A stretch of 64,000 nucleotides of DNA. Source: a virus (taxonomy: Duplodnaviria > Heunggongvirae > Uroviricota > Caudoviricetes). The notes beneath the pieces were generated by a model. The model ran no database searches. It had not been told where the DNA came from and saw only the letters and a list, made by a program, of their open reading frames with translations. The position numbers and the translations under genes were made by a program. Shown here piece after piece: positions 50,624-59,444 of the stretch. Numbering within the stretch: the first letter of the stretch is position 1; every line of letters starts with the position of its first letter. The stretch lies in IMG/VR virus record IMGVR_UViG_2711768193_000009; one strand, written 5' to 3'.

Positions 50624-50842
50624 ATGATTAAGATGCCTGTGATGGTTGAGGTGTGGAGCGTGGATTCCCTGGCTGAGTGTCTGGATGCTGTGGGGCCGGA
50701 GTTGTACCGCAAGTTGTGGTCTTTCGTCCCGGCTGAAGGGGAATCACCCAAAGGGAAGGATATCTGGCATCTGCTCAGTGAAGATGAACAGCGGGAGCTG
50801 GTGGACGCGGTACACATCGAGTTCCCGGACGACGAAGATTAA
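50624..50842 (+). CDS. Small acidic hypothetical protein
   Basis: 72 aa, follows cassette gene 1 by 4 nt. Confidence 0.45.
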   Translation: MIKMPVMVEVWSVDSLAECLDAVGPELYRKLWSFVPAEGESPKGKDIWHLLSEDEQRELVDAVHIEFPDDED

Positions 50843-50847
50843 GAGTG

Positions 50848-50872
50848 AGGCCACCAGCACGGTGGCTTTTTG
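50848..50872. terminator. Terminator hairpin
   Basis: gaggccaccagcacggtggcttttt. Confidence 0.6.
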
Positions 50873-50982
50873 CTGTTTGCAACCTCCGGGGCAGCGCAGC
50901 ACCGTAACGCTATGCTTTGTAGCCGTTTTCTCGCTGGTATTATTTACACCAACAAGAAAACAAGTTGTTTACGGAGTGAATT

Positions 50983-51294
50983 ATGAAAAACGCGATGATC
51001 ACCAAACTGAGCGCGGGCCAGCCACGTAAAGAAAAACCAACCGTAATGAGCCAGCTGACCCTGCTCGATATCATCGCCAACGGCACTGCCATTCGCCTGT
51101 TCAAAGAGACGCTGGTCTCGTTCGACAATGGTTCCCGCACGCGTTACGTAATGAGTGTGCGTCGCCAGAGTGGGAGAGGGTGGATGGCAAAACAGATCAT
51201 CTGGCCGGAAGGAGAGCTGGAACAGGCGCTACTGGAGGCGAACAAAGTAGCCCAGCAAGAAATCCAGCGTGCCTCTCTCCTGGCGACAGCCTGA
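50983..51294 (+). CDS. Small hypothetical protein (cassette gene)
   Basis: ATG after TTTACACCAACAAGAAAACAAGTTGTTTACGGAG. Confidence 0.5.
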   Translation: MKNAMITKLSAGQPRKEKPTVMSQLTLLDIIANGTAIRLFKETLVSFDNGSRTRYVMSVRRQSGRGWMAKQIIWPEGELEQALLEANKVAQQEIQRASLLATA

Positions 51295-51326
51295 CATGTG
51301 CAAAAGCGATTAGTCGTCCCTACGAC

Positions 51327-51356
51327 AGCCCCGTCCATCCTTCGGGGCTTTTTTGC
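51327..51356. terminator. Rho-independent terminator
   Basis: agccccgtccatccttcggggcttttttgc. Confidence 0.7.
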
Positions 51357-51422
51357 TTACATGTATTGTAAGTACTTACCTATGACAATAATATAATCAG
51401 GTCAACAACAGGGAGACCAAAA

Positions 51423-51818
51423 ATGACTGTAATTCGTGAAAACCTGGTTCTTGATTTGTACTATGCGTCAGAAACAACCTCAGGCGGAAAAGTTGCAAAA
51501 CTGACCGCTATTCTGCGTGACAGCACGAATGGGACTGAAGTGCTCACCACCACCCTGATCCGCACCGGGACAGAAGAGGATTGGGTGTACACCGTAGGCT
51601 TCCAGAGCATCAGCAACGCATCCGAACCAATGCTGCTGAAACTGGAAACGTATTTCCGCGGCGTAAACAAAGAGATGTTTGAGAAGATGATGGTGAAAGC
51701 AGACGAGCTGTACACCTCCCACTTGAACCCGAGCAACACCTGGCTTGGACAATACGGTCTGCGCATCGTGTCCAACGAGCCGGTTGAAAACTACATCCCG
51801 GAAAGCGTATTCGCTTAA
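51423..51818 (+). CDS. Hypothetical protein (preceded by GTAAGTACTTACCTATGA motif)
   Basis: 131 aa. RBS gggagaccaaaaATG. Confidence 0.5.
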   Translation: MTVIRENLVLDLYYASETTSGGKVAKLTAILRDSTNGTEVLTTTLIRTGTEEDWVYTVGFQSISNASEPMLLKLETYFRGVNKEMFEKMMVKADELYTSHLNPSNTWLGQYGLRIVSNEPVENYIPESVFA

Positions 51819-51826
51819 TCCCTCCA

Positions 51827-51852
51827 ATGGCGCGTACCCCGCGCCATTTTCT
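51827..51852. terminator. Terminator hairpin
   Basis: aatggcgcgtaccccgcgccattttc. Confidence 0.65.
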
Positions 51853-51944
51853 TATTCCCGATAACAAAATGTTTTTTGCCTTATCCACATTGTGATAATT
51901 ACACCAACAAGAAAACAAGATGTTTACGCATGGAGGATATGCAC

Positions 51945-52226
51945 ATGACCGATTTCACTATCTCCCCTAAAGCTGAAAACGTATGGCTGGAATCCTGGCT
52001 CGACCTGTCGCCGGAAGAACAGCAGGAAATGGATCACGTTGAACATGACGAACAATATGATGCCCGCTTCTTCCGCTTTGAGGACAGCGTTTATGATATT
52101 GCCGACTTCATGCGCGATGACCGCTTCCCGGACTGGCACGCAGGCTACCCATTAAATGCCTTCGCCATGCTGATGATCCGCGTGGATGGCTCCGGCGATA
52201 CCATCGACGTCGGTTTGCTCCACTAA
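51945..52226 (+). CDS. Small acidic hypothetical protein (cassette gene)
   Basis: Motif ACACCAACAAGAAAACAAGATGTTTA then GGAGGA RBS. In-frame ATGs at 51930/51939/51945. ORF track 51876. Confidence 0.5.
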   Translation: MTDFTISPKAENVWLESWLDLSPEEQQEMDHVEHDEQYDARFFRFEDSVYDIADFMRDDRFPDWHAGYPLNAFAMLMIRVDGSGDTIDVGLLH

Positions 52227-52232
52227 GAGAAC

Positions 52233-52256
52233 GAGGCCACACATGCTGGTGGCCTT
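52233..52256. terminator. Terminator hairpin (GGCCAC...GTGGCC)
   Basis: gaggccacacatgctggtggcctt. Confidence 0.55.
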
Positions 52257-52265
52257 AAATGACCA

Positions 52266-52318
52266 TCCTGTTCCCCGCAGGCTAAAAACACCCACCTCTT
52301 ACCGCCAGGCTACCGAAC
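52266..52318. repeat. 1.5 copies of the 31-bp repeat family seen at 49216..49308
   Basis: ccccgcaggcta aaaacacccacctcttaccgccaggctaccg. Confidence 0.6.
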
Positions 52319-52431
52319 AACCCTCCGACTCCCTGCCGGCCACCAGCTGCCGGAACAGAACGCTTGGACGCCTTATGCGCGTAGCGATAATTAAACCAAC
52401 AAGAAAACAAGTTGTTTAAAGGATTATCACC

Positions 52432-52914
52432 ATGAACTTTATCGCTACTGTTAACACCCCTGCGCATGGCCATATTTCTGTGACGTTCTCTGATGACGAG
52501 AAAAGCGTGCTGGGCGCCTGGCGTGACAATGTAACCATCGAGCTGTCCGGGAAAGAGAAACAGCAGATCACCAATGACATTATCTGCAACCGTCGCCATA
52601 AACGCGTATTTGAAAAAGCGTATGTCTCCACTTCGGGATTTGGCGTATTCATCTTCCCGGTACGCAGCGGTCGCTTCTGCCAGTCAAAACTCATCGAGTT
52701 CGCCACGCAGATCGCGCTATGGGTTAAAACAGAATCCGGGTTCGACTTCAGCGAACAGGAAGCAGTGGGGGAGGGGATGCGTATCGCCAACAATGCCATC
52801 AAGTGCAAAAACGTCACCTACGAAGCAGGAATCGACTCGTGGAGTGTCTCGTGCGGGGACTACGTGAAAGAGGTGTACGGAAAGAACCGTATTCACATCC
52901 TGACTGGCAAGTAA
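52432..52914 (+). CDS. Hypothetical protein (cassette gene)
   Basis: ATG after TTAAACCAACAAGAAAACAAGTTGTTTAAAGGA. 160 aa. Confidence 0.5.
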   Translation: MNFIATVNTPAHGHISVTFSDDEKSVLGAWRDNVTIELSGKEKQQITNDIICNRRHKRVFEKAYVSTSGFGVFIFPVRSGRFCQSKLIEFATQIALWVKTESGFDFSEQEAVGEGMRIANNAIKCKNVTYEAGIDSWSVSCGDYVKEVYGKNRIHILTGK

Positions 52915-52920
52915 GAGGGG

Positions 52921-52947
52921 AGGGGCTGGAAACGCCCCTTTCTTTTC
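52921..52947. terminator. Terminator hairpin
   Basis: aggggctggaaacgcccctttcttttc. Confidence 0.6.
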
Positions 52948-52961
52948 TTCCACCAGCTGCC

Positions 52962-53042
52962 GCAGGGAATTTTAGAAACGGCCAGAGAGCTTTCCGGGGA
53001 ACCGAAGGGAAACGGCCAGGGAATTTTCGGGAAACGGCTGGG
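52962..53042. repeat. Three ~25-bp direct repeats GGGAAttttaGAAACGGCCAG
   Basis: gggaattttagaaacggccagag / gggaaccgaagggaaacggccaggg / gggaattttcgggaaacggctggg. Confidence 0.65.
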
Positions 53043-53159
53043 TTTGCCTTTATGTAGAAAACAGAGCGGGAGAAGCCCAGAATCCTGCCAGAAAATGTCG
53101 CAGGGGCGCTGGGGTAGCGCTGGTGGGGTTTCAGCCCCTGAGCCATCCAGATAGCTTTC

Positions 53160-53560
53160 GCTATGTGATTATGTGAATCCGTGGGTAAACCACTGCAAGC
53201 GCGTACACGTCGCGCCAACGTGCCAATGATACGCGAGCGCCCACGGATCACGCCATTATTGCCGACACGTCCCGATGGATGGCGCGGATCACGTCGCCAG
53301 ATAACGCCAGACGATCACGCCCACGACAGCATAAAATAAGCCATACACTAAAACGCCACACCTGGCATTCTGAGCGCTTTTTTGTTTTAGCTATGGGTAT
53401 GTATTGCCACACGTAAAAACGCGTCGCAGTGGCGTTTTTATGGCGCTTATTTTTGTTGTGAATGAGTGAACGCCAGACAAAAGAAAACGCGCCATTGTTG
53501 GCGCGTTATGGTGGAGATCCTGAAACGAAAAAAGCGCCCATAGTGGGCGCTTTTGTTTAA
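53160..53560. other. ORF-free region with three GATCACG(C/T)C repeats and several perfect hairpins (aacgcgccattgttggcgcgtt; agcgcccatagtgggcgct)
   Basis: cacggatcacgcc, gcggatcacgtcgcc, cgatcacgccc at 53238-53310. Hairpins 53487-53508 and 53530-53555. Confidence 0.5.
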
Positions 53561-53760
53561 ATGCTGTTTTGCAGTTTTCCGATCATTTCAGACAAGCGCA
53601 AATATTCACGCTTGCGTTTACAGTCTCTTTTACTGTTAAGCAAATCAGCAAAAGTAAAATTTAGTTTATCGCGTTGCGCTTTTAGATCGTCGATTAATTC
53701 AAGTTTATAAGCGCGATATTCTGCGCGATATTCCGCGCGGATCTGGTCATAACTAATCAT
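53557..53760 (-). CDS. Small hypothetical protein (AT-rich island), flanked by identical GCGCCCATAGTGGGCGC hairpins
   Basis: 67-aa ORF with YRAEYRAEYRAY repeat. Hairpins at 53530 and 53781. Confidence 0.4.
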   Translation of the reverse strand: MISYDQIRAEYRAEYRAYKLELIDDLKAQRDKLNFTFADLLNSKRDCKRKREYLRLSEMIGKLQNSI

Positions 53761-53810
53761 GATTTTTATCCTTAAAAATAGCGCCCATAGTGGGCGCTAT
53801 ATCCATCTAA

Positions 53811-54461
53811 TTACGCTTTGAAAGCATCAGACAGATAGTTATAAAAATCATTCTTGATAAAGCGATATTGCTGAGATCCGTTTTTAGCAGCGCCCATTCC
53901 TTTGATTTTCTCGACCAGTCCGAGACGTTCACACAAATTGATAAGCTGATTGGCTTGAGTGTAGCCAGCGTCTAATTTAATCTCACATGCTTTTTTAGCT
54001 TCATTCATTAAATCGAATACAGCGCCATTTGTGAATGTCTCCATTTCATCATTAATCATTTCGATTAATGCGAATACGCGAGATCCGGACATATCAGCGA
54101 CGGAATAAACGCATTTACCAGACTTGATAGACTTAACCAGATAAACCAATTTTTCGAGTGAATAGCTATTGGTCATAGCTTCGCGGAAAAACACTTCTGG
54201 CGCTTGTTTGCTTGCTTTAATCGCGTAGTAAAAGACACCAGCTAATTTCTCATCATTAACAGCGTTTAAAACGTTGTTGGTGAAGTATGCAAGTTTGGTA
54301 GTCGCTGCAAGCATGTTAGCTTTATCTGCTTTTGTGTGCGTACCATTCTGATAATGATTGTTATAAGTCTGAGTAGCGTTGTTGGCTGCAACTTGCAATT
54401 CATTAGCGATAACAACAGCAGCGTCGATGATAGATTTTTTAGAGATGGCAATGTTAGACAT
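53811..54461 (-). CDS. Hypothetical protein (AT-rich island)
   Basis: 216-aa ORF, ~40% GC, no recognisable motif. Confidence 0.45.
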   Translation of the reverse strand: MSNIAISKKSIIDAAVVIANELQVAANNATQTYNNHYQNGTHTKADKANMLAATTKLAYFTNNVLNAVNDEKLAGVFYYAIKASKQAPEVFFREAMTNSYSLEKLVYLVKSIKSGKCVYSVADMSGSRVFALIEMINDEMETFTNGAVFDLMNEAKKACEIKLDAGYTQANQLINLCERLGLVEKIKGMGAAKNGSQQYRFIKNDFYNYLSDAFKA

Positions 54462-54779
54462 GATATGAATCCTTAGATTAAATCAGAAAATATATTTCTT
54501 TCTATCGTTGGCGTGTTCGCTTTCGATGTGACTAATTATCGATATTCAAAAATTAAAATCAAGAGTTTTTTACGAGGGAACGTAAAAATTTTTTCTTCAA
54601 TAAAAATCAATGTCTTAGAAATAAAACGCATTTTCTCGAAGGTGTAGCCTAAATAAATTATCTATTCGGTCAATTACCCTTATATATTTAAAACGGAATC
54701 GGGATTAGGGGAAATAATTATAATGGGAAGTGACACATAAAATAATAACCGGACTTAGCCGGTTATTACCCTTATAGAT

Positions 54780-55292
54780 TTAAAACGGTAAAATCCGTTC
54801 GACCCAATCGAAGAGAGCAATCATTCTTACGCGTTCTCCGATTCTCATCGTCACCTGACAAGCGTCAACGCCTAACGACACTCCCTCAATTTCACGGCCA
54901 TCCGCCACGTAAACCCTTATAGACTTCTGCGTTTCATGAGCCTGACGACAAATTCTGAAGAAGTCGCGGCGAGATGGCTGGTTGTTCCCGTAGTCCGGAT
55001 GTATGGTAAGTCTGCCCGTAAAGCCGTCCTCTACTTCTGGAGGTATAATTGTTTCAATGGTGCTAACTCTCTCAATAGGAAGACGAACTCGATGCTCTTT
55101 GTTTCTTGGAGCGGGAGAAAGATCGAGTTTGTTGCGTGATGGTAGTGTTCCCTGTATGTACATGTTGAACACTTGTCCATCTTCCATCGTGACCTTTACA
55201 GGAACAGAGCGTGCTCTCCAGAACATCAAGGTATGTTCCACATTCGAATAGTCTCTGGGCCAGACCTCTGCAGGGACTCCATATGTAATCAT
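54780..55292 (-). CDS. Hypothetical protein (AT-rich island)
   Basis: 170-aa ORF, first gene of a minus-strand operon. Confidence 0.45.
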   Translation of the reverse strand: MITYGVPAEVWPRDYSNVEHTLMFWRARSVPVKVTMEDGQVFNMYIQGTLPSRNKLDLSPAPRNKEHRVRLPIERVSTIETIIPPEVEDGFTGRLTIHPDYGNNQPSRRDFFRICRQAHETQKSIRVYVADGREIEGVSLGVDACQVTMRIGERVRMIALFDWVERILPF

Positions 55293-55406
55293 AGTCTACC
55301 TTTTTATGTCTTTTTTAGTCATTATATACATCTATCTGATACGTATACAGACCAACTGTACTTTCTGCCGAGTTGATATTGTTAAGCTGATAATGAAATA
55401 AGGCTT

Positions 55407-56207
55407 ATGGAGGGAGATGTGAATAAAAAATACGCATTGGGACTAATGGCGGCATCTATATTGTTAACAGGTTGTGATTCTGCTGAGGAGCGAGCTATAA
55501 ATCTTGTTGAAAAGGAAGTTCGTTCTACGCTTTTAGATCCAGATTCGGGCCGGTTCACCAATATGCGAGCGCTTCAGCTAGGTGACAATAGTCACTCATA
55601 TATGGTATGCGGCGAGGTGAATGGAAAAAATGCCTTGAGCGCCTATACAGGCGCGACTGAATTTAATGCGTACATCTTTGATATTCGCGAACGTGAGCCG
55701 ATAACGAATGTTGCAATTAATAATACCACTAGCTCATTAAAAGAGCGATTGCTTTTTGAACGACAAAGTCTGGCATGTATTGACAATGGCGTGAAACGCT
55801 ATTTAGAAAAAGAAGATGAATTCAGAAGAGCAAGCGAAAAACGAGATGATTTGAAAAAAACTCCTTTAGGAAAAGCGGTGTTTGATGCCGCAAGTGATTC
55901 ATCATATGTAAGCAGAGAGTTGGGGGAACCGAAGCGTGTCCGTGAAGTGTACGCAAGAGAGGACGATAAGCATGCCTTTGTAAGTGTCACTAATTATGAT
56001 ACTCCCGATTTTTACAAATTCAGGAAGAGCGATAAAGGCGAACTTGAACCTGTTAAGGGGCTTTCATATACCGGTTATCCCGCAGCAGTCAAACAGTGCC
56101 AATTTGAACAAGTGGACTCTGAAAACTGCATCACAGAAGAAGAAATTAAGTTGCTTCGAAACGAAAAATATAAACTTGACGACTTCGAAGTCCCGCCAGA
56201 AGAATAA
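55407..56207 (+). CDS. Lipoprotein, function unknown (AT-rich island)
   Basis: Lipobox LLTGC. Alternative GTG start 55419 has the better RBS (ggaggga). Confidence 0.5.
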   Translation: MEGDVNKKYALGLMAASILLTGCDSAEERAINLVEKEVRSTLLDPDSGRFTNMRALQLGDNSHSYMVCGEVNGKNALSAYTGATEFNAYIFDIREREPITNVAINNTTSSLKERLLFERQSLACIDNGVKRYLEKEDEFRRASEKRDDLKKTPLGKAVFDAASDSSYVSRELGEPKRVREVYAREDDKHAFVSVTNYDTPDFYKFRKSDKGELEPVKGLSYTGYPAAVKQCQFEQVDSENCITEEEIKLLRNEKYKLDDFEVPPEE

Positions 56208-56215
56208 ATAATATC

Positions 56216-56244
56216 ATGTGCTGGAATTTATAATCCCAGCACAT
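56216..56244. terminator. Bidirectional terminator between convergent genes
   Basis: atgtgctggaatttataatcccagcacat. Confidence 0.6.
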
Positions 56245-56250
56245 CGGTTG

Positions 56251-56778
56251 TTATTTGTCCAGTGCTTTGTATTTACTCTTAATCAATCGCTCTCCCTTGT
56301 CGGTGAAAATAAAACCAAATGGCGATTTGCTGTTTCTACGTAACACGCCTTCTTCGATTGCTTCATTGTTTGGTTGTACAGTTGCATTGTCTACCCAACC
56401 TAGGAGAGCAAGAAAGTTCAGAAGTTTCAAGCTTGTTACCCCTATGTCTAAAGCTACATTACTGACGGTGCGGCGTACTCTGCTTCTCGTTTTAGTTACT
56501 TCACTGCTCTTCGGTGTCAAAAATGTATCTAGCGTATTAAAGAAGCCTCTTGCAGATTCTGACTTAATAAGACCTGAGTCGCTCATATCACATGCGATCC
56601 GATACAGAACATTGCTGTTATTCATGAAGGGATAGTTCTCAACAAATCTCACGAACTCTTGTGCATTTTTCTCTCCGCATTTGTAATCCAGCGGGTTGTT
56701 CACGCGCCAGAAAAAAGCGTTGTTGTTTTTTGCATCAAAAATATCAACGAATGGTAGTTCGGTTAAATAATTCATCAT
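56251..56778 (-). CDS. Hypothetical protein (AT-rich island)
   Basis: 175-aa ORF. Confidence 0.45.
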   Translation of the reverse strand: MMNYLTELPFVDIFDAKNNNAFFWRVNNPLDYKCGEKNAQEFVRFVENYPFMNNSNVLYRIACDMSDSGLIKSESARGFFNTLDTFLTPKSSEVTKTRSRVRRTVSNVALDIGVTSLKLLNFLALLGWVDNATVQPNNEAIEEGVLRRNSKSPFGFIFTDKGERLIKSKYKALDK

Positions 56779-56840
56779 GTGCTCCTTTGTGTCTGGACGA
56801 GCACATGATGAATTTTAAAAGGAGGGGAAAAAGTGGAAGT

Positions 56841-57119
56841 TTACGGCAGCCGTTTAAGGATATCGGCCAGATCTTCTTTGGTCATGCCAGAGGATTCGTA
56901 AATCTTCATGACCTTTTCACGGGCCTTTGCAGAAGCCTCTAATGACGTAGCTGCCTTATCAAAATCAGCCATCGTCATGTTGGACAGCACCAGATTGATG
57001 ATGTCTGCCTTTGACAGCTTAATATTGCGTTCACGCAGTCGATTCTGAAAGGTTTCCAGCTTGTCGTTTGCTTTTTCGGTTAACTGAACCTGGCAGTGTA
57101 TAGCGCGTTTCTCGCTCAT
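56841..57119 (-). CDS. Ribbon-helix-helix (CopG/Arc-type) DNA-binding protein
   Basis: beta-strand RAIHCQVQLTEK then two helices. Start lies 2 nt after the helicase stop. Confidence 0.45.
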   Translation of the reverse strand: MSEKRAIHCQVQLTEKANDKLETFQNRLRERNIKLSKADIINLVLSNMTMADFDKAATSLEASAKAREKVMKIYESSGMTKEDLADILKRLP

Positions 57120-57121
57120 GC

Positions 57122-58681
57122 TTACTCTCTATTCAAAACAGTGAAATCGAATGTGCTACCCACCGGCAATACGCCCTCGGCAAACCCAGGCGTCGTGTCG
57201 ATAATGTGCTTCCGCTCATATGAATGCGACATGAGATATTTGTTGCTCACGTCGATAAAGTCGGTAATAAAGCACACGTTAGCCTGATTCTTTTTGGCTC
57301 GAAGACCGCGACCAACACGTTGGCGCATCTCAACTTCGGCTTTGCCGCCACCACCCAGAATCACCGCCCCTACGCTTGGAACGTCGACACCAACATCCAG
57401 AATGGTTGAACCAATCAGAACATCTATCTTGCCTGCCGCCAGACTGTTGAGCTTTGCTTGTCGGGTAGTCTGGTTTGATTCTCCGTAGATGAAATCGACC
57501 TTCAAGCCGCTTTCCTTCATCATTTCCATCAAAATCTGACCATGACGCTTCAAACGAACCAGCGTCATACAGTTCAGACCGTGACTTTTGTACATTAACG
57601 CTTCGCGCACAATAGCCTCGTTGCGGCCCAGATTGTAAACGATGCCTAACTGATAGGCTTTCTGGTAAGCCGTACTCATTCCAACCCGAAAGTTCAGGTG
57701 TTTCGAAGCAAGTTCGGCCCTAATCCGCACCTCGTCTGGAGTGTACGCGATTTTATGATATAGAAAGTATGGTTTCGCTAAAATACCTCGATCGATCAAA
57801 TATTTCTCCGTTACCTTTATCTCAATGCGGCCGGCAACGGCCATGAGACGCATATTTGCCTCGGTCGAGTCCTTCATGAACGGCGTAGCTGTCAGCGCCA
57901 GACGGTAATCGGCATTGATGCACAACCGGGCGATATCGTAGAAGTTTGAACCAGATGATTCGTGTGCCTCTTCCAGAATCAGCAGAGAAACGCTGGACAG
58001 AAAGCGCTTAACCAGTTCCCGGCGCTTCAGGTGGTACTGTTTTTTCTCAGGTGATGCGTCGCGCGGTGGCTCTTCGAGAAAACTGGCCAGGGTCTGCACC
58101 GTGGCAACGTTGATATGGCGCGAGACCTGGAACTCACCAGATCCAATCACCCCAACTTTCTGACCTTTCAGCCACGGCTCGCCATTCTCCGCGCGGTAAT
58201 CGATGGATTTCTGGAAGTTCTCTGCCATCTGGAACATCAGAACCGAGCGCGTGGTTAAAAACAGCGTCATACGACCAATGCGAGCAGCTGCCTTACACGC
58301 TACGTTCGATTTACCGCCACCCGTCGCAATCTGGGCAATCATCATCCCTTCGCGCACCAGTGTTTCCACAGTCTGATCCTGATACGCATAGTCCGGGTTA
58401 TACGGGAATGGGTTAACTACCGGGTTCGGCTTGCCCAGCGCGGGGGCTTTTTCCTTGCGCACATGCACGCATTTGATGCCAGCTTTCAGAAGGTTGGTCG
58501 CTACCGGCTTCGCAAACCCAGCCGGGAACGCGTTTTTGCTCCAGTTGAACATCGTGCTGGTTCCTTTCCAGTCACCAGCCTCCACTTCATAGCTCAACAT
58601 CTCCTGAACGAGCCGTTTCACGTTGTCATCAGCGCCAGAAATCAGCGCATTGACTGCATTCGATACAATCCGAACTGTCAT
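57122..58681 (-). CDS. Superfamily-2 DEAH-box DNA helicase
   Basis: Walker A ATGGGKS and motif II LILEEAHES. 519 aa. Confidence 0.7.
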   Translation of the reverse strand: MTVRIVSNAVNALISGADDNVKRLVQEMLSYEVEAGDWKGTSTMFNWSKNAFPAGFAKPVATNLLKAGIKCVHVRKEKAPALGKPNPVVNPFPYNPDYAYQDQTVETLVREGMMIAQIATGGGKSNVACKAAARIGRMTLFLTTRSVLMFQMAENFQKSIDYRAENGEPWLKGQKVGVIGSGEFQVSRHINVATVQTLASFLEEPPRDASPEKKQYHLKRRELVKRFLSSVSLLILEEAHESSGSNFYDIARLCINADYRLALTATPFMKDSTEANMRLMAVAGRIEIKVTEKYLIDRGILAKPYFLYHKIAYTPDEVRIRAELASKHLNFRVGMSTAYQKAYQLGIVYNLGRNEAIVREALMYKSHGLNCMTLVRLKRHGQILMEMMKESGLKVDFIYGESNQTTRQAKLNSLAAGKIDVLIGSTILDVGVDVPSVGAVILGGGGKAEVEMRQRVGRGLRAKKNQANVCFITDFIDVSNKYLMSHSYERKHIIDTTPGFAEGVLPVGSTFDFTVLNRE

Positions 58682-58745
58682 AAACCTCTTTCCTTCGTGC
58701 CTTTTGTATGGTAATTGGCTATTATAGTAAGTAAGTACTTATACA

Positions 58746-59444
58746 ATGGATTGTATCAGAATTATGGATGTGAAAATTACGATTCTGCAGGTGGAAGTCG
58801 CGAACCTGCGTCCGAATCCCTGGAATACCAACTCCGTTGGGGCGCAAAACTTCGAAAAACTGAAAGGCTCTATCGAAAAATTGGGCTTTTTTAAGCCAAT
58901 TCTGGCGCGGGAGCTGGACGGGGGCGTTTTTGAGATCCTCGGTGGCGAACACCGCTGGCGTGCCGCGATGGAGCAGGGCATTTCAACGGTTCCCGTCATC
59001 TCCGTGGGCAAAATTAACGACCTGGTGGCCAAACAGATGTCCCTGGTCGATAACGAGCGCTACGGCGAAGACGATCAGGTCGCTTTGCAGCGCTTAATCG
59101 AAGAAATCCAGTCTGAAATCGACTACCGGTTGTCCGATATCGCCCCGTATGACGACGAAATGGCGGCAACACTCGCCAAAGCGTCCGTTATCGATCTTGA
59201 AGCGCTGGAAGCGCTCTCCCGTGGCGATGACGAGCCGGTCGATGAGGACAAACGCGAGAAAACCGAGCGAGTCGGCGCTGAACACCAGACGATGCGCTTC
59301 AAAGTGACGTTTGATGCGTCAGATCGCGTCGCCGACACCATCAAAACCATCATCAAAGAGCAGGGAATCAATACCGGTAACGAAATGGAGAACGCCGGGG
59401 AAGCCCTGGTGTGGCTGGTCGACTACTACAAGGAGCGTATGTAA
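58746..59444 (+). CDS. ParB/Srx-fold (ParB N-terminal nuclease-like) domain protein
   Basis: EILGGEHRWRAA motif of the ParB N-terminal domain. Preceded by AGTAAGTAAGTACTTATAC motif. Confidence 0.55.
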   Translation: MDCIRIMDVKITILQVEVANLRPNPWNTNSVGAQNFEKLKGSIEKLGFFKPILARELDGGVFEILGGEHRWRAAMEQGISTVPVISVGKINDLVAKQMSLVDNERYGEDDQVALQRLIEEIQSEIDYRLSDIAPYDDEMAATLAKASVIDLEALEALSRGDDEPVDEDKREKTERVGAEHQTMRFKVTFDASDRVADTIKTIIKEQGINTGNEMENAGEALVWLVDYYKERM

